Below are positions 62,533 through 64,000 of a stretch of DNA of 64,000 nucleotides, piece by piece. The notes below the pieces were generated by a model, which was given only the letters and a program-made list of their open reading frames with translations, ran no database searches and was not told where the DNA came from. The position numbers and the translations under genes were made by a program. The stretch is from Oscillospiraceae bacterium (GTDB lineage Bacteria > Bacillota > Clostridia > Oscillospirales > Oscillospiraceae). Where the stretch lies: assembly GCA_017419715.1 (NCBI GenBank), contig JAFOKO010000069.1, forward strand, positions 345 through 64,344. The letters are read 5' to 3'. The stretch's first letter is position 1; every line of letters starts with the position of its first letter.

Positions 62533-62572
62533 AACAAGGCCTTCGGTTCCGTCCGATGGCCTTGTTTTGTTT
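62533..62572 (+). terminator. Rho-independent terminator after the TPM gene.
   Basis: AACAAGGCC (62533-62541) pairs with GGCCTTGTT (62558-62566), followed by TTGTTT. Confidence 0.65.
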
Positions 62573-62726
62573 CGATCCGGCACGGAATAAGAACATAAGC
62601 TATGGGATCGGCTCGAAAAAGTAAAAAAAACAGTTTACTTTTTTATGCCGTTCTGATAAGATAATAATGTTGGGCATTTTGTGTCAATTGTCCCAGACTA
62701 CACAAGAAAGGCAGAGATACTGATTT

Positions 62727-64000
62727 ATGGAACAGAAGCACAGCCAGACGAGCGAAACACGAAAACCGGATCATCCTTTGATTGCAATACTGAAATTTCT
62801 CCCCTTGTTTTTGTTTGCAGGGTTAGTTCTGTTTTTTAAGTTTGATCTTTTGATCGCAGCGCCGATTGCCAGCTTTTTTGCCATTGTCGTCTATATGTTG
62901 ACCTCAAAGGTCAAATTTGGCGACGCCTTTGAGCAGGGCATGGAAGCGACGAAAAAGATCATTCTGGTTTTCTTTATTTTGATGTTTGCCACCACAGTCG
63001 GCGAGTGCTTTATGAAAACCGGCGTCGGTGCAGCCATGATCCATCTGGCGCTGAAGCTTGGCGTATCCGCCCGAACCATTGCGCCGGTCTGTTTGTTGGT
63101 TTGCTCCCTGCTCTCTGTGGCTACAGGCTCCTCCTGGGGCACCTTCGCAGCTTGCGCCCCGATTTTTCTCTGGCTCAGCCACATCGTCGGCGGCAACGCC
63201 GGCTTGACGGTCTGTGCAATCGCCGGCGGTTCCTGCTTTGGGGATAACATCGGCATGATCTCCGATGTGACGGTCCTCAGCTGCGGGATGCAGAACATTA
63301 AGATCATCGATCGCGTGAAGCATCAGCTTTTCTGGTCCGTTGGCTGCCTGCTCCTTTCCGGTATCGTGTTTTATTTGGTCGGCCTGCTTGGAATGAAGTT
63401 GCCCGCTACCACCGGCGATGTTGCGGAAGCGATCTCCAAGATCGATGCCGGAACCATGGAAAAGCTGCACGAGGAACGAGAATCTGCATGGCAGATGCTG
63501 AACCAGCTGCAGCAGAATATTCCCTACTACATGATCATTCCCGTCGTCGTCGTTATTGGCTTAAGCTTCTTGAATATCCACACCCTGCTTTGCCTGGGCG
63601 CGGGCATCTTCTCTTCTCTGATTCTCGGTACCATCGCCGGCACGATCAGTCTCTCCGATTGGTTCTCCGCGACCGGCATTATCTTCAAGGGCTTTGAATC
63701 TGCTGGCAGCTGGGTCGTGGTCATGATGATGTGGATTTCCGTCTTTGGCGGTGTGATGAACGCCATGGACGCCTTCGCCCCCTTGAAGCGCTTTGTGGTG
63801 CGGATCTCCGGAAATATCCACCATCTGATGGGCTGGTGTTCCGTCCTGTGCCTGCTAGGCAACGCCGCTCTGGCAGACGAGGCCGCTCAGGTCTCTACCA
63901 TGTCTCCAATCGTGCGTGATATCGTTGAGCAGAATACAGAATGTGACTCAGAAGCCGACGCCTACGGCCTTCGCGTCAAGCTGGCCACCTTCACCTCCGC
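62727..64000 (+). CDS. NhaC-family Na+/H+ antiporter-like transporter, partial. It runs off the window end.
   Basis: The frame is open from the ATG at 62727 to the window end. It is missing from the ORF track because there is no stop. My own translation gives MEQKHSQTSETRKPDHPLIAILKFLPLFLFAGL...SVATGSSWGTFAACAPIF...GGSCFGDNIGMISDVTVLS...STMSPIVRDI. The protein is polytopic and NhaC-like. Confidence 0.7.
   Translation, partial: MEQKHSQTSETRKPDHPLIAILKFLPLFLFAGLVLFFKFDLLIAAPIASFFAIVVYMLTSKVKFGDAFEQGMEATKKIILVFFILMFATTVGECFMKTGVGAAMIHLALKLGVSARTIAPVCLLVCSLLSVATGSSWGTFAACAPIFLWLSHIVGGNAGLTVCAIAGGSCFGDNIGMISDVTVLSCGMQNIKIIDRVKHQLFWSVGCLLLSGIVFYLVGLLGMKLPATTGDVAEAISKIDAGTMEKLHEERESAWQMLNQLQQNIPYYMIIPVVVVIGLSFLNIHTLLCLGAGIFSSLILGTIAGTISLSDWFSATGIIFKGFESAGSWVVVMMMWISVFGGVMNAMDAFAPLKRFVVRISGNIHHLMGWCSVLCLLGNAALADEAAQVSTMSPIVRDIVEQNTECDSEADAYGLRVKLATFTS

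Overview
A high-GC core-chromosome segment from a spore-forming Clostridia-type Firmicute. That assignment is inferred from gene content only: a complete spoIIIAA-AH operon and the arrangement ispA / dxs / tlyA / nadK / argR / recN. I count about 55 protein genes, one tRNA-Gly(GCC), one tmRNA and one large ncRNA candidate. Almost everything from 1 to 54005 is on the minus strand, in long, tightly packed operons. In window order, the main blocks are:
- Three tandem TPR-GGDEF diguanylate cyclase paralogues, the first truncated by the window edge.
- A 2-aminoethylphosphonate (AEP) biosynthesis cluster (aepZ, cytidylyltransferase-PEP mutase fusion, phosphonopyruvate decarboxylase), split by a ~500-bp GC-rich element bounded by inverted repeats.
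- ridA, a vWA lipoprotein, tRNA-Gly, ftsK, uppP, tepA-like, pncB, a repeat-rich DivIVA-domain coiled-coil protein, and tyrS.
- A low-GC GT-C-like membrane protein embedded between recN and tyrS.
- recN-argR-nadK-tlyA-dxs, then a ~730-nt ORF-free gap flanked by ispA and a small 4-TM protein. I interpret the gap as an OLE RNA / OapA locus.
- xseBA, a TsaD-like gene, nusB, asp23, spoIIIAA-AH, secDF, an ECF S-component, rpsU, and a sensor GGDEF.
- leuS, rsfS, a nadD-yqeK fusion, yhbY, rdgB, rph, ftsY, smc, two peptidases, and smpB-ppiB-ssrA.
- A Gate-domain / zinc-ribbon / TPM trio and a partial NhaC-type transporter.

The most interesting items are the OLE RNA candidate with its own promoter, and a GC-rich structured repeat family. 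One ~50-nt module of that family also sits in frame inside a conserved gene. I found no CRISPR array, rRNA, transposase, integrase or prophage. All calls come from reading the translations and the DNA by eye. No database search or folding program was run.
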